Virus record (IMG/VR): IMGVR_UViG_3300037047_000144
Coordinates: 1 to 51,471 of that record
Origin: a virus
Taxonomy: Duplodnaviria; Caudoviricetes
Reading direction: 5' to 3' (one strand)
DNA: 51,471 bases
The notes beneath the pieces are model-generated. The model did no database searches. It was not told where the DNA came from and saw nothing but the letters and a program-made list of their open reading frames with translations. How positions within the stretch are numbered: position 1 is the stretch's first letter; each line of letters opens with the position of its first letter. Positions 31,817 to 40,719 of the stretch are shown piece after piece. Made by a program: the position numbers and the translations under genes.

Positions 31817-33769
31817 ATGGCCGAGCCGAAGCTGGACATCGGGATCAACATCGAGGCGCAGACGGGCGGCGCCCGGACGGCCGAGACGGCGCTGAATGGC
31901 GTCAAGGACTCGGCGAAGGGCGCGGGCGAGGCGGTGGGCGCGGCCGCGAAGGCGATCAACGAGATCCCGAGCAAGCCGGCTACAGAGGGCGCGGCGGGGG
32001 TGAAGGGCCTCGCTGCGGAGGTGGAGGATCTTGCGGGGAAGGCCGGACTGTCGAAGGATTCCGTGTCGGACCTACAGTCCGCTTTCGAGAGTCTCGCCTC
32101 GCAAGGCGGCAATGCGCGGAACGTTATCCAGGGCATTAATAGCGCGGCGAATGGAGGCGTGACGGGCGTCCTCGGGTTTGCAAAGGCACTGCAGGCGATG
32201 GTGTCTTCCGCGGCCGCAGGGAACGCGATGCTGGGACCGCTGGCGTTGGGAGTGACCGCGCTGGTGGCGGTGTGGTCGAAGGCGATCGGGGAGATCGAGG
32301 CGGATAAAGCGAAGTTCGACGAGCTGGGGGAGAGCGCGGAGGACGCGTCCCGTCGAATCGAGGCGGCGGCGAAGCGGGACGTGAAGTTCGACAAGCTGCG
32401 CGCGGAGCTGTCGGAGGTGACCAGCCAGTTCGATCGCGCGGTGACGGCGGCGGAGCGGTTGCAGCGCGCGCAGGATGAACTGAAGGACGCGCAGCTTGGG
32501 GCGGAGCTGAAGAAGATGGACGCCGCGAAGGCGCTGGCGATGGCGAGTGCGGGGGACGATCCGGCCGCGCGGCAGAGCATCGAGCTTCGGGATTCGATGG
32601 CGCGGGAACAGTTGCGGGCGGCGCGGGAGACGGAGAAGGCGGAGGCGGCGGTGGCGGACGTGTCGCGCCGGATCGCGGCGGAGAAGGACAAGGGCATCGA
32701 GATCGAACTTCGGCTGAACGACCTGCGCCGGTCGGCTGAGGAGTCGGAACGCCGGGTCGCGGCGGCGCGGGAGCTTCTTCTGCGGCAGGGGGTGAACCCG
32801 GACACGCTGACGGACGACTCGCGGAAGACGAAGACGGACGAGTTTCAGCGTATTTACAACCAGACGTATGACCGGATGCCTACGACCCCGGCGGAGACGG
32901 GCGCGCGAAGCGATGCCCTGTCGAACTATAAGGGCGTGATCGACGCGCTGCAGAACCTGCCGGAGCTGGTGAAACAGCGGGACGAGATGCTGGAGAAGTT
33001 CGGGGAGGCGGACGAGAAGGCGTACCAAGAGATCCGGGACACGAAGGACCGCATCGCGGAGCTGTCGGTGAAGATGGAGACGGCCCTCGTGGGCCTTCAG
33101 ACCGCCCAGGCGGAGCGGGCGGCGAAGAACGTGGAGCTGCAGACCACGGCGAACAAGACGCTGGATGAGATCCGCCAGTCGCTGATCTCTGCCCAGCAGA
33201 GGCAGGAGGCGGCGCTGCAGGCGATGGCGGCCGCGAACCAGGTCGGTGACGGCGCGGGCGCAGCGCAGGCGGGCGCGGCGTACAACGCGGCGACGGGCGC
33301 GGTGAACAGCTTGCAGGGGCTGCTTCAGCAGGCCCAGCAGACGCAGGCGGACCTGAACCAGACGGCCACGAGCCTGCATGCTGGCGTCTCGGCGCTGGGG
33401 ACCGCAACGGGGCAGGCGGCGGCGGCGGCGATGGACCAGATGGCGCAGGCGGGCGCAACGATCCAGGCGAGCGGAGCGAAGGCGGCGAAGGACGTGGCGG
33501 CGGGGGCCGACGAGGTGAAGGAGGCCACGTCGGCGGCGACGGGGGCGATCTCGGGGTCGATCTCGCAGTTCGGGAGCGAGGTGACGGCGGCGGTGGACCG
33601 GACTGGACAGCAGTTCATGCAGGCGACGGACCGGCTGTCGAGCACGATCCAGGCGCAGCAGGAGCAGCTCGCGCGGCAGCAGGCGGAGATCGAGGCGGCG
33701 GCGCAGATGGCGCGGGCGGCAGGGAATAAGGCGGACCAGGTTGAAAGCCAGGTCCGGAACATGAGGTAA
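31817..33769 (+). CDS. Tape-measure protein
   Basis: 650 aa, Ala-rich helical, hydrophobic patch at about aa 115-155, LDIGINIEA start; near the end of the tail module. Confidence 0.7.
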   Translation: MAEPKLDIGINIEAQTGGARTAETALNGVKDSAKGAGEAVGAAAKAINEIPSKPATEGAAGVKGLAAEVEDLAGKAGLSKDSVSDLQSAFESLASQGGNARNVIQGINSAANGGVTGVLGFAKALQAMVSSAAAGNAMLGPLALGVTALVAVWSKAIGEIEADKAKFDELGESAEDASRRIEAAAKRDVKFDKLRAELSEVTSQFDRAVTAAERLQRAQDELKDAQLGAELKKMDAAKALAMASAGDDPAARQSIELRDSMAREQLRAARETEKAEAAVADVSRRIAAEKDKGIEIELRLNDLRRSAEESERRVAAARELLLRQGVNPDTLTDDSRKTKTDEFQRIYNQTYDRMPTTPAETGARSDALSNYKGVIDALQNLPELVKQRDEMLEKFGEADEKAYQEIRDTKDRIAELSVKMETALVGLQTAQAERAAKNVELQTTANKTLDEIRQSLISAQQRQEAALQAMAAANQVGDGAGAAQAGAAYNAATGAVNSLQGLLQQAQQTQADLNQTATSLHAGVSALGTATGQAAAAAMDQMAQAGATIQASGAKAAKDVAAGADEVKEATSAATGAISGSISQFGSEVTAAVDRTGQQFMQATDRLSSTIQAQQEQLARQQAEIEAAAQMARAAGNKADQVESQVRNMR

Positions 33770-33775
33770 CGCGCC

Positions 33776-35416
33776 ATGGGCTGGACGGTCAACGGGCGGG
33801 CGCCGGCGGATCTGGGGGTGGAGAACATCTCGCTCCGGCTGGTGAACATGGAGAGCGACGAGTGCCGCCTCCCGCTTCGGGCGAGCATGGACGACGCCCT
33901 GGCCGCGTTCGCCGCCGGCCAGCCGCTGGTGATCGCGAAGGACGGCGCGACGGTGTTCCGGGGCTTGTGCGAGTCTCCGGAGCGGGGCGGCACGGGGAGC
34001 GCGGAGGGCGTGACGGCCAAGGCGCTGGGGCCGTGGGAACGGTTGAAGCGGGTGGTCTATGCCCAGTCGCTGACCTATGACACGGGGGGCACGCCGGCCT
34101 ATACGGGGACGGCGAAGTCGACGAGCCGGGTGCGGATCTCGGGGGACCTGGCGACGGCCGTGGCGGCGATCCTGGCCTACCCGGCGACGCTGTCGGACCA
34201 CGCCGGTCAGTACGCGGCGGGGGTGATCGACCTGCCGGATATCGACATCCCGGAGCAGGAGCTGTTAGACGTGGCCTGCTCGGACGCGTTGCGGACGGTC
34301 CTGCGGTTCGTCCCGGACGCGATTGTGTTCGTGGACTATGCCCCGGAAGTGCCGACGATCAACGTGGTCATGTCCGGATCCGAGCGCCTGACAACGCACA
34401 CGCAGGACGTGGCGGACCGGGACGCGGTTTCGACGCTGGAATACCGCGCCCGCGACGACATCCAGGTGCCGAACGTGGTGATCGACTACATCCGCGCGCA
34501 GCGGGAGAAGACGTTGGTCCGGGTCAGCAACACGGCGGACGCGAGGATCGAGGAGAAAACGGGCTACGCCTGGGTGTCTCGGGACAGCTATCCGAACGAC
34601 ACGATCTCGGCCAGGACATTGATGCGGACGGTGACCTTGCGGGGCGCTCCTTCGAAGGCGTGGCAGACGAACACCCTGTCCGGCGTCAGCCTGTTCGCAT
34701 GGCTGCCCAACTTCAGCGCGGCGAACTGGACCAGCAACGTGTCGGCGGCGAGGTTCAAGGCGTTCTGGAACCGCTGGCGCCCGGACATCAGCACGGCGGG
34801 GTGGACGAACATCGTGGTCAACAGCTTTGCGATGGTCATCCAGACATGGATCACGCGGGAGCCCGAGGTGTCGTTGGGCTACACGGTGGACTTGGCCCAC
34901 GACGACGTGTACGAGCTGGCCGACACGGACGGCTATCGGATCGGCCTGCTGGACGAGTTTTCCGCGGGGGGGGCTTTCGGGAACTACCTCTACCTGTGCC
35001 GGGTGTTCGTTTCCCAGTCCGTGACGGCCGACGGCGACGGGGTGGCCGGGGCATGGACGATCGAAACGCTGTCGCCCTACGTGCCCTGCCTCTGGAAGTG
35101 GGCGGGGACCGGGTTCGACTACGTGTACGGGGTCGCCGATCCCGATGCCGAGGCCGCGCCGGTAGGCATTGCCGAGCAGGTGTACGGCCAGAGGCAGGCG
35201 TTGCGCTACCAGGGCCAGATGGTCTTGGAGGATGGTGAGCCGGTGATACCGGCGGCCACGGCCCGGCGCCTGGCGATCCGCAACGGGCAGGTCGAGGTGG
35301 CCAGCGGGCTGGTGCAGCAGTTGGCCGTCGACGTAGGCACCGGCCGGACGACGTTTCAGTTCGGCCCCCCCAGCCACCTATCCCCCCAGGACCTCGTTGC
35401 AATGCTCCGGCAGTAG
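33776..35416 (+). CDS. Tail tip / baseplate hub protein
   Basis: DGATVFRG, AKALGPWERLKR, SDALRTVL, C-terminal VQQLAVDVGTGRTTFQFG; last gene before the right end. Confidence 0.7.
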   Translation: MGWTVNGRAPADLGVENISLRLVNMESDECRLPLRASMDDALAAFAAGQPLVIAKDGATVFRGLCESPERGGTGSAEGVTAKALGPWERLKRVVYAQSLTYDTGGTPAYTGTAKSTSRVRISGDLATAVAAILAYPATLSDHAGQYAAGVIDLPDIDIPEQELLDVACSDALRTVLRFVPDAIVFVDYAPEVPTINVVMSGSERLTTHTQDVADRDAVSTLEYRARDDIQVPNVVIDYIRAQREKTLVRVSNTADARIEEKTGYAWVSRDSYPNDTISARTLMRTVTLRGAPSKAWQTNTLSGVSLFAWLPNFSAANWTSNVSAARFKAFWNRWRPDISTAGWTNIVVNSFAMVIQTWITREPEVSLGYTVDLAHDDVYELADTDGYRIGLLDEFSAGGAFGNYLYLCRVFVSQSVTADGDGVAGAWTIETLSPYVPCLWKWAGTGFDYVYGVADPDAEAAPVGIAEQVYGQRQALRYQGQMVLEDGEPVIPAATARRLAIRNGQVEVASGLVQQLAVDVGTGRTTFQFGPPSHLSPQDLVAMLRQ

Positions 35417-35443
35417 CCCTTCCGCCGCCCTGCAAACCGGCCG

Positions 35444-35493
35444 AGTTGTGTCAAATCGATGCGACGTTGTGTCAGGTGCGTTGCGCCGATACA
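35444..35493 (-). repeat. Right end: adjacent sites R2 (35444-35464) and R1 (35468-35493) ending ...ATACA
   Basis: Inverted copies of the left-end motif; terminal CA. Confidence 0.88.
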
Positions 35494-35750
35494 GCGAGAA
35501 GCTGCTCGGTCCAGAAGGGCTTGGCGTCATCGGGAACCACGTCCGCGAAGTCGGCGAGGTCACGGTTCGCGACCTGTTCCTCGACGGCGACCGAGTCCTG
35601 GAGAAGCTGCTCGTACTTCGCGTTGATCGCGGCGATCACCTGCAGCAGCGCCCCGATGATCTCCTTCTCGCCCGCGCCCTCGGGCAGGTTTAGTTGCCCG
35701 CGGATCGCGTTCAGGTCCAGTTCGCCGGCCGGCTTCGCTTCGTCGCTCAT
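35494..35750 (-). pseudogene. 5' half of the interrupted scaffold-like gene
   Basis: AAAGGGA RBS; MSDEAKP...AIRGQLNLPEGAGEKEIIGAL resembles Mu scaffold N-termini; continues in frame at 931. Confidence 0.8.
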
Positions 35751-35807
35751 GGCGTCGTCCCTTTCGAACATCCGTTGTTAGAAACCGAGTCGTTCTACGA
35801 CTTGGTT

Positions 35808-35836
35808 GTCTCACGGGTTCGGGACGGCGCAAGGGG
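35808..35836 (-). promoter_or_regulatory. Bipartite motif CCCCTT-N15-CGTGAGAC, copy upstream of the scaffold
   Basis: Identical boxes and spacing at 44143-44171 and 51209-51237. Confidence 0.75.
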
Positions 35837-35965
35837 CGAACAAACATGCGAAAGCGTCACGCCTACGTACCGAGGAGAATCCCGAAAGCCGAACGAGCGC
35901 AATCAAAGAGTATGGCGACGGGTGCTAAACCAGCACGATCGCCAACTTCAATAGGATCGAGAATA

Positions 35966-37156
35966 CTACAGCGAAAGGGCCTTCTTGAGGATGTCACGCT
36001 CGGGTATCACGAAACCAAAGACAACGACGTTCTCGGAAGAAGCGTTGTGACAGAAGACTCTGCCTGCATGTGCGTCGACGATCTTCTTCACTGTATAGAG
36101 ACCAATTCCGCTGCCGTTGACGTGTAGTTCGAGCGCGCGCTTGCCGCGCGCTCCGAATTCCCAGAGTCGACCGGATTCCTCAGGATCCAATGGGAGCCCG
36201 GCGTCAGTAACAGAAACCATGATTGCTCGGCCTTGATATTCAGCACGCACCACAATGTAGGACGATCCTCGCGCATATTTGATGGCATTCAATAGGAGCT
36301 GCCCAATGGCTGACTCAACGGCGCGTCGGTTGCCCCACATCTCCATTTCAGCATGCGCTGTCGAACAACGAATCTCCACGTGCCGTTCCGCAGCTTCGCT
36401 TTTGTAGAGCGCGACGGCATGCTCAATAGCCTTAACAATGTCAAAATCACGTCCCTCACCAATATTGTAGTTCGGATCGACTGTTATGCCGAGAGTTTCG
36501 GCGACACGATATGCCGCCATGATCTCTTGTTCGGCTTCTCGGATCTTCTCCATTGCCATATTGCCGGTGATAATCCCGCGGGATACATTGCGAAGTTTGG
36601 CAGTCGTGGCCTGTACGGAGCTCGCAATGTCGTGTCCGACTTCTTTTGCAAAGAACTCAGTAATACGTAGCCGGCGCGAGAGGTCATCTGTGGCCAACAG
36701 CAACGAAGCGTGGTCGCAGAGAGAGGAAGCTTCCTCGACCCTGGGATCATCCAGACGCAAATCCGGATTGGGGGTAACACCATAGCAGATGAACCGTAGC
36801 TCGCGCGTCAATACGGGTATGTATACAGCCTTGATCGGCTTTGAAGACATGGCGCAGATCTTCTCAAGACAGAGAGAAAGCGGTGTATCGGCTATGCCGT
36901 GAACGTGAGGGCGGGGGTACTTGCTGGCACATTCGGCAAGATCCGCGCGAAGGAGCGACCGGGGTCCTCCACACATAGTGTCATAGGAAACGCCATAGGT
37001 GGCATGCACAAGTACATCGGTACTGGTGACGGAACAGAGCAGCAAGACATCCACGCCGAGTGCTGTCGCGGTGGCTTGGCACTGTGGCGCGAGATAGCTG
37101 GAGATCTCCGCGGCAGTGGTCGGCTTGCAGCCTAATGCATGGCTATCCGAGAACAT
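35966..37156 (-). CDS. Soluble sensor histidine kinase
   Basis: H-box EVGHDIASSV, N-box LLLNAIKY, G1 DAG, G2 GSGIGLYTVKKIVDAHAG; N-terminal GAF-like region, no TM. Start uncertain. Confidence 0.88.
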   Translation of the reverse strand: MFSDSHALGCKPTTAAEISSYLAPQCQATATALGVDVLLLCSVTSTDVLVHATYGVSYDTMCGGPRSLLRADLAECASKYPRPHVHGIADTPLSLCLEKICAMSSKPIKAVYIPVLTRELRFICYGVTPNPDLRLDDPRVEEASSLCDHASLLLATDDLSRRLRITEFFAKEVGHDIASSVQATTAKLRNVSRGIITGNMAMEKIREAEQEIMAAYRVAETLGITVDPNYNIGEGRDFDIVKAIEHAVALYKSEAAERHVEIRCSTAHAEMEMWGNRRAVESAIGQLLLNAIKYARGSSYIVVRAEYQGRAIMVSVTDAGLPLDPEESGRLWEFGARGKRALELHVNGSGIGLYTVKKIVDAHAGRVFCHNASSENVVVFGFVIPERDILKKALSL

Positions 37157-38426
37157 CGCGGATAATCCTTTCAAATTCTTCCGGGTCAACCGGCTTCTTC
37201 ACTAAGAACGACGTGGGTATGGACTCTGGGCGTCGATCAAGATTGTGACGGCTCCCAGTCAGAATCCCGATCTTTGTGAGAGGGGACACTGATTGCATCT
37301 CGCGGCAGAGAATCCAGCCGGTCTGCTTGTAATCGGCGGTGGTTGCCGCATCCCAGATGTGACCGGATCCCATCTGCAGGTCGACAACAGCGAGGTCCAC
37401 TCTTCCGGCTGCCAGCTTGTCGAGTGCGTCGCGTGCATTCGGCGCGTAGATGATGTGGTACTTGTCCATCAGCGGGATGAAGAGGTCTTCCATCTTGCGA
37501 ACTTCGTCGTCGGCCACTAGAATGACTTTGCGCCCCGCAGACAGCGCCTTGGATTCAATGCTCTGCCATATCGCGTCGAGTGGGCCGCATGATGAGAGAT
37601 CTTGAGATGGTTGGACAGTGATCTCGAAGCCCCATGTGTCACGGATGATTCTGGCGCAGCTTTCGTCGTACAGGGCTTTGTGGATGGGACGACGTATCTG
37701 ATTGAGCCAATAGGGAATTGCCTGTGAGCGAGACGGGTGGACGGCAAGAGAGAATGCCTTGCCCTTGGGCGGATCGGTCTTGACCGTGTGGCCCTCCGCC
37801 CAGTCTGCCGCGATATTGTGCTTGAACCAATGCCAGCAGCTTGTTGCGTCAAACTCCTCATGATGATCGCGGATGACATTCGGTGGGGCTCGATTCGCGC
37901 CGAGGTCTAGTTCGTCAACTACGCGTAAGAGGGCACCCAACGATCGTGGATGTCCCGATAGGGCCATTAGATCAATTTGCCGATGACCGCGCGAAATGTC
38001 GCGAATCAATGCCATTTGGGGTAGGGTTAAGCCAAGGCCTGAAAGAAAATCGGTGTGAGAGAGGAAATAGGCATCGAGGAGGTCGTGATGACGCGACCTA
38101 ATTTGATTCTCGATCGATGGTGGATCGGCTGGCTGCGGTATGCCGCCAAAAATGTCGCTGGGTGTGAAGTCCTTTAGCGGAATCACCATGCCGAGATCGT
38201 GAATCGCTATGGAGCAAACGAGCAGGAATGCCTCTTCTCCGGTGAGTGGCATGCCTGCCTCTACGAATGAACTTGCGATGGCTAGCATGTTCTGCAGATG
38301 CGGCGTGCCGTGCAACGTGAAATAGCGGAATCGCGGGGTGAAGTTCAGGAGTTCCTGCGAGTGCGCTAGGATTGCGTCAGATGCAGTCCGCTGTCGTGAA
38401 TCAAGGCGCGATAGTAGAGTGTTCAT
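37143..38426 (-). CDS. HD-domain (HD-CE-like) phosphohydrolase fused to a C-terminal receiver domain
   Basis: FTLHGTPH, IHDLGM, IRSRHH, RGHR, LLRVVDELD, HWFKH; receiver VADDE, VVDLQM, ILTG, KKP. Confidence 0.82.
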   Translation of the reverse strand: MNTLLSRLDSRQRTASDAILAHSQELLNFTPRFRYFTLHGTPHLQNMLAIASSFVEAGMPLTGEEAFLLVCSIAIHDLGMVIPLKDFTPSDIFGGIPQPADPPSIENQIRSRHHDLLDAYFLSHTDFLSGLGLTLPQMALIRDISRGHRQIDLMALSGHPRSLGALLRVVDELDLGANRAPPNVIRDHHEEFDATSCWHWFKHNIAADWAEGHTVKTDPPKGKAFSLAVHPSRSQAIPYWLNQIRRPIHKALYDESCARIIRDTWGFEITVQPSQDLSSCGPLDAIWQSIESKALSAGRKVILVADDEVRKMEDLFIPLMDKYHIIYAPNARDALDKLAAGRVDLAVVDLQMGSGHIWDAATTADYKQTGWILCREMQSVSPLTKIGILTGSRHNLDRRPESIPTSFLVKKPVDPEEFERIIRDVLG

Positions 38427-38727
38427 ATTGTCACGGGGCGTGCGACATGACAGGCCGGATCTGGCTCATGTATCGCGCAGGATCGACATGCGAAAGGCGA
38501 AGAGCAACTGGGCTTCGTGACATCAGAGGATGCGGGCGGAATATCGACAAGGAAGGTATTGACAGACGCTAGAGTCCGATGGCGGGGCAGACGCATGGGA
38601 CAATGAGCCCTATGTCGTCCTTTGTGGACGAGCCACGGACAACGAAGCACCAGAATACTCATGTCAGGAAGTATATACGCGCGCCGGGCTGCGGCAATCA
38701 AGCGGTTTCGGGCGATCAGGATGGAAC

Positions 38728-40719
38728 TCAGTGGATGATGATCTGGTAGTCCGTGACATAGCTCGTGGGCAACCGATACACCCGCCCCGTGTTCGCGTTC
38801 CCCTCGACGGCGTGCTGCCACGTCCCGAGCGCCGACATGCCGGCGTTCCACGTCTGCGCGGCGGCGTTGCCGGCGGGGCCGAGGGCGCGGAAAGCGCCGG
38901 ACTGGCCGCTCGTCATGAGGCCGAGCCCCGCCAGCGTCGAGGCGCGCGCGAGGATGCCAGGGGCGTTCGTGCGGGTCGGGGTGTAGCGGTGCGGGTACTT
39001 CTCGCGCCCCTCGGCGCTGTGGACGCCGACCTCGCGCGCGATCGCGTCGGCGACCGTGCGGTCGTACCCGGCCAGGCGCGCGTGCTTCCCGCCTGGGAGC
39101 CGCTCGTGCTCCTTCTTCGGTGCGGCGTAGCCCTCGGCCAGCGTCTTCTTGTTCTGGTCGACCGCCGGCAGGATCCGGTTCAGGCCGGGGATCTGGAGCA
39201 GCGAGTCGAGTGGGCCCGGCAGGGTCTCGACGAAGCCGAGATCGCGGCCGTACTTCTCGGTCAGCGCGTCGGGGTTCTGGACGATCCGGACGACCTTGCC
39301 GAGCAACTGGTCCGTCTGCCACCGGGTCGCTTCCGGTCCGAGATACTCGGCCGGCTTCCCCGGCCCGTGGTCGATCTCGGGCGCGTTGATGCCGGTCAGC
39401 CGGATGCCCTTCGGGTTCCCGCCCTCGATCCGGATGGTGTCCGCGTCGAGAACCTCTGCCACCTTCCCGAACTGCTGGGGCTGCGTGACGCTATCGGTGA
39501 ACTCGCTGGCCTTCCACTTGAGGAAGTTCGCCGCGGCCGGGGTGAACGTGTAGACCGACCGGCCGGCCATGTTCCAGGGCTTCCACTCGGCGAGTCCCGA
39601 CCGCGCGGCCTCGGCGCCCTCGGCGTCGAGCAGGCCGCGGCGTTCCATCTCGCCGATGCGGTCGTACTGGAGTTCGTAGGCGGCGATGTCGGCGAGGTCC
39701 TTCGTGTACCGGCCGCCATAGTAGCTGCGGAGTTGCTTCTCCAGGGGATTGCCCAGCGTGCCGAGAAGGAAGTTGAGCCCGGCCATGCCGGGGATGTCGA
39801 ACGGATCCGGGTCGGCCGGGAGATCCCAGTCGTAGCCGAGTCCCCACCGCTCGCCGATCTCGTCCTTGTAGCGGTCGATCTGCTTTTGCTCGCCGATCTC
39901 GATGGCGGTCATGCCGCCGGCCACGACCGCGGGGCCGACCAGCTTCTTCGCCGCGGCAAGCGTGGTGCCCTCCCACGCGCCGCCGGGCGTCCGAATCGCG
40001 ACGACGCCGCGGGATCTCGCGGCGAGGAGCTTCCCGGCCTCGGGGATCTGCTTCAAGGACGGCAGTTCGTTGCCCGTCACGCCCGCGAGGGCGTCGTAGC
40101 CGGCCTTGAGCTTCGAGAGCGCAGACCGGAGGCCCGCGGGCAGCTTCGAGGCGGCGGACCCCGCCGCCCGGCTGGCCGCGGCCCCGGCCTTCCCGAGCCA
40201 GGCGTCGGCCTTCGAGAACGATCCCGGCGCGGCCTTACGCGCGCCGCCCTTCGCCGCGGCGAGGCCCGAGAGGGCCGAGACCGTGCCGAGCAGCGACTCG
40301 GCCTTGGCGAGGGCGCGCTCCTTCCGCGGGTCCATCGTCGGGTTGCGCTCCCGGTAGCCGCCGATGGCGGAGGCGCCGGATCCGGAGAGGATCGAGGTCA
40401 GGGCGGCCTTGCCGATCCTGCCCCATCCGCCGCCGCCGGCTGCGCCGAGGGCGAACGTGTCCGCCATGTCCTCCATGGCGCGGACGGTCTGGCGCGCCTC
40501 GGCCTCGGTGCCGCCCTTCGCGACATGGGCTCGGACGAACGCCTCGACGCGCTGCTCCTGCGCGGTCGGCGTGCGGATGGGCTCCGATTCCGGCAGCGTG
40601 CCGCGCGTGACCGTGCCGCGGCCGCGCATCCGGGCGAACATCGCCCGGCGCTCCTCGTCGGAGCGGGAGCGGCCGCGGGGCCCGGCGTTCGGCAGGATCC
40701 TATCGGCGCGGGTACGCAT
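38728..40719 (-). CDS. Large putative internal virion protein with thermonuclease (SNase)-like domain
   Basis: VLDADTI, IRLTGINAPE, KYGRDLGFV, LAEGYA; Gly/Ala-rich hydrophobic segments; N-terminal SDEERRAMFARMRG motif. Confidence 0.75.
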   Translation of the reverse strand: MRTRADRILPNAGPRGRSRSDEERRAMFARMRGRGTVTRGTLPESEPIRTPTAQEQRVEAFVRAHVAKGGTEAEARQTVRAMEDMADTFALGAAGGGGWGRIGKAALTSILSGSGASAIGGYRERNPTMDPRKERALAKAESLLGTVSALSGLAAAKGGARKAAPGSFSKADAWLGKAGAAASRAAGSAASKLPAGLRSALSKLKAGYDALAGVTGNELPSLKQIPEAGKLLAARSRGVVAIRTPGGAWEGTTLAAAKKLVGPAVVAGGMTAIEIGEQKQIDRYKDEIGERWGLGYDWDLPADPDPFDIPGMAGLNFLLGTLGNPLEKQLRSYYGGRYTKDLADIAAYELQYDRIGEMERRGLLDAEGAEAARSGLAEWKPWNMAGRSVYTFTPAAANFLKWKASEFTDSVTQPQQFGKVAEVLDADTIRIEGGNPKGIRLTGINAPEIDHGPGKPAEYLGPEATRWQTDQLLGKVVRIVQNPDALTEKYGRDLGFVETLPGPLDSLLQIPGLNRILPAVDQNKKTLAEGYAAPKKEHERLPGGKHARLAGYDRTVADAIAREVGVHSAEGREKYPHRYTPTRTNAPGILARASTLAGLGLMTSGQSGAFRALGPAGNAAAQTWNAGMSALGTWQHAVEGNANTGRVYRLPTSYVTDYQIIIH

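Larger units (their letters stand above)
932..35493. mobile_element. Mu-like transposable prophage, 34,562 bp
   Basis: GCGA direct repeat at 928-931 and 35494-35497. Terminal inverted repeats match 18/26. Contains MuA/MuB/Gam, head and tail modules. Removing the element restores the interrupted gene in frame. Confidence 0.93.

Noticed and set aside
38423-38727. ORFs crossing the gap between the nuclease gene and the HD-receiver gene
   Set aside because: Out-of-frame read-through with no coding signal. Probably the promoter region of the inserted operon, but no consensus I can support.
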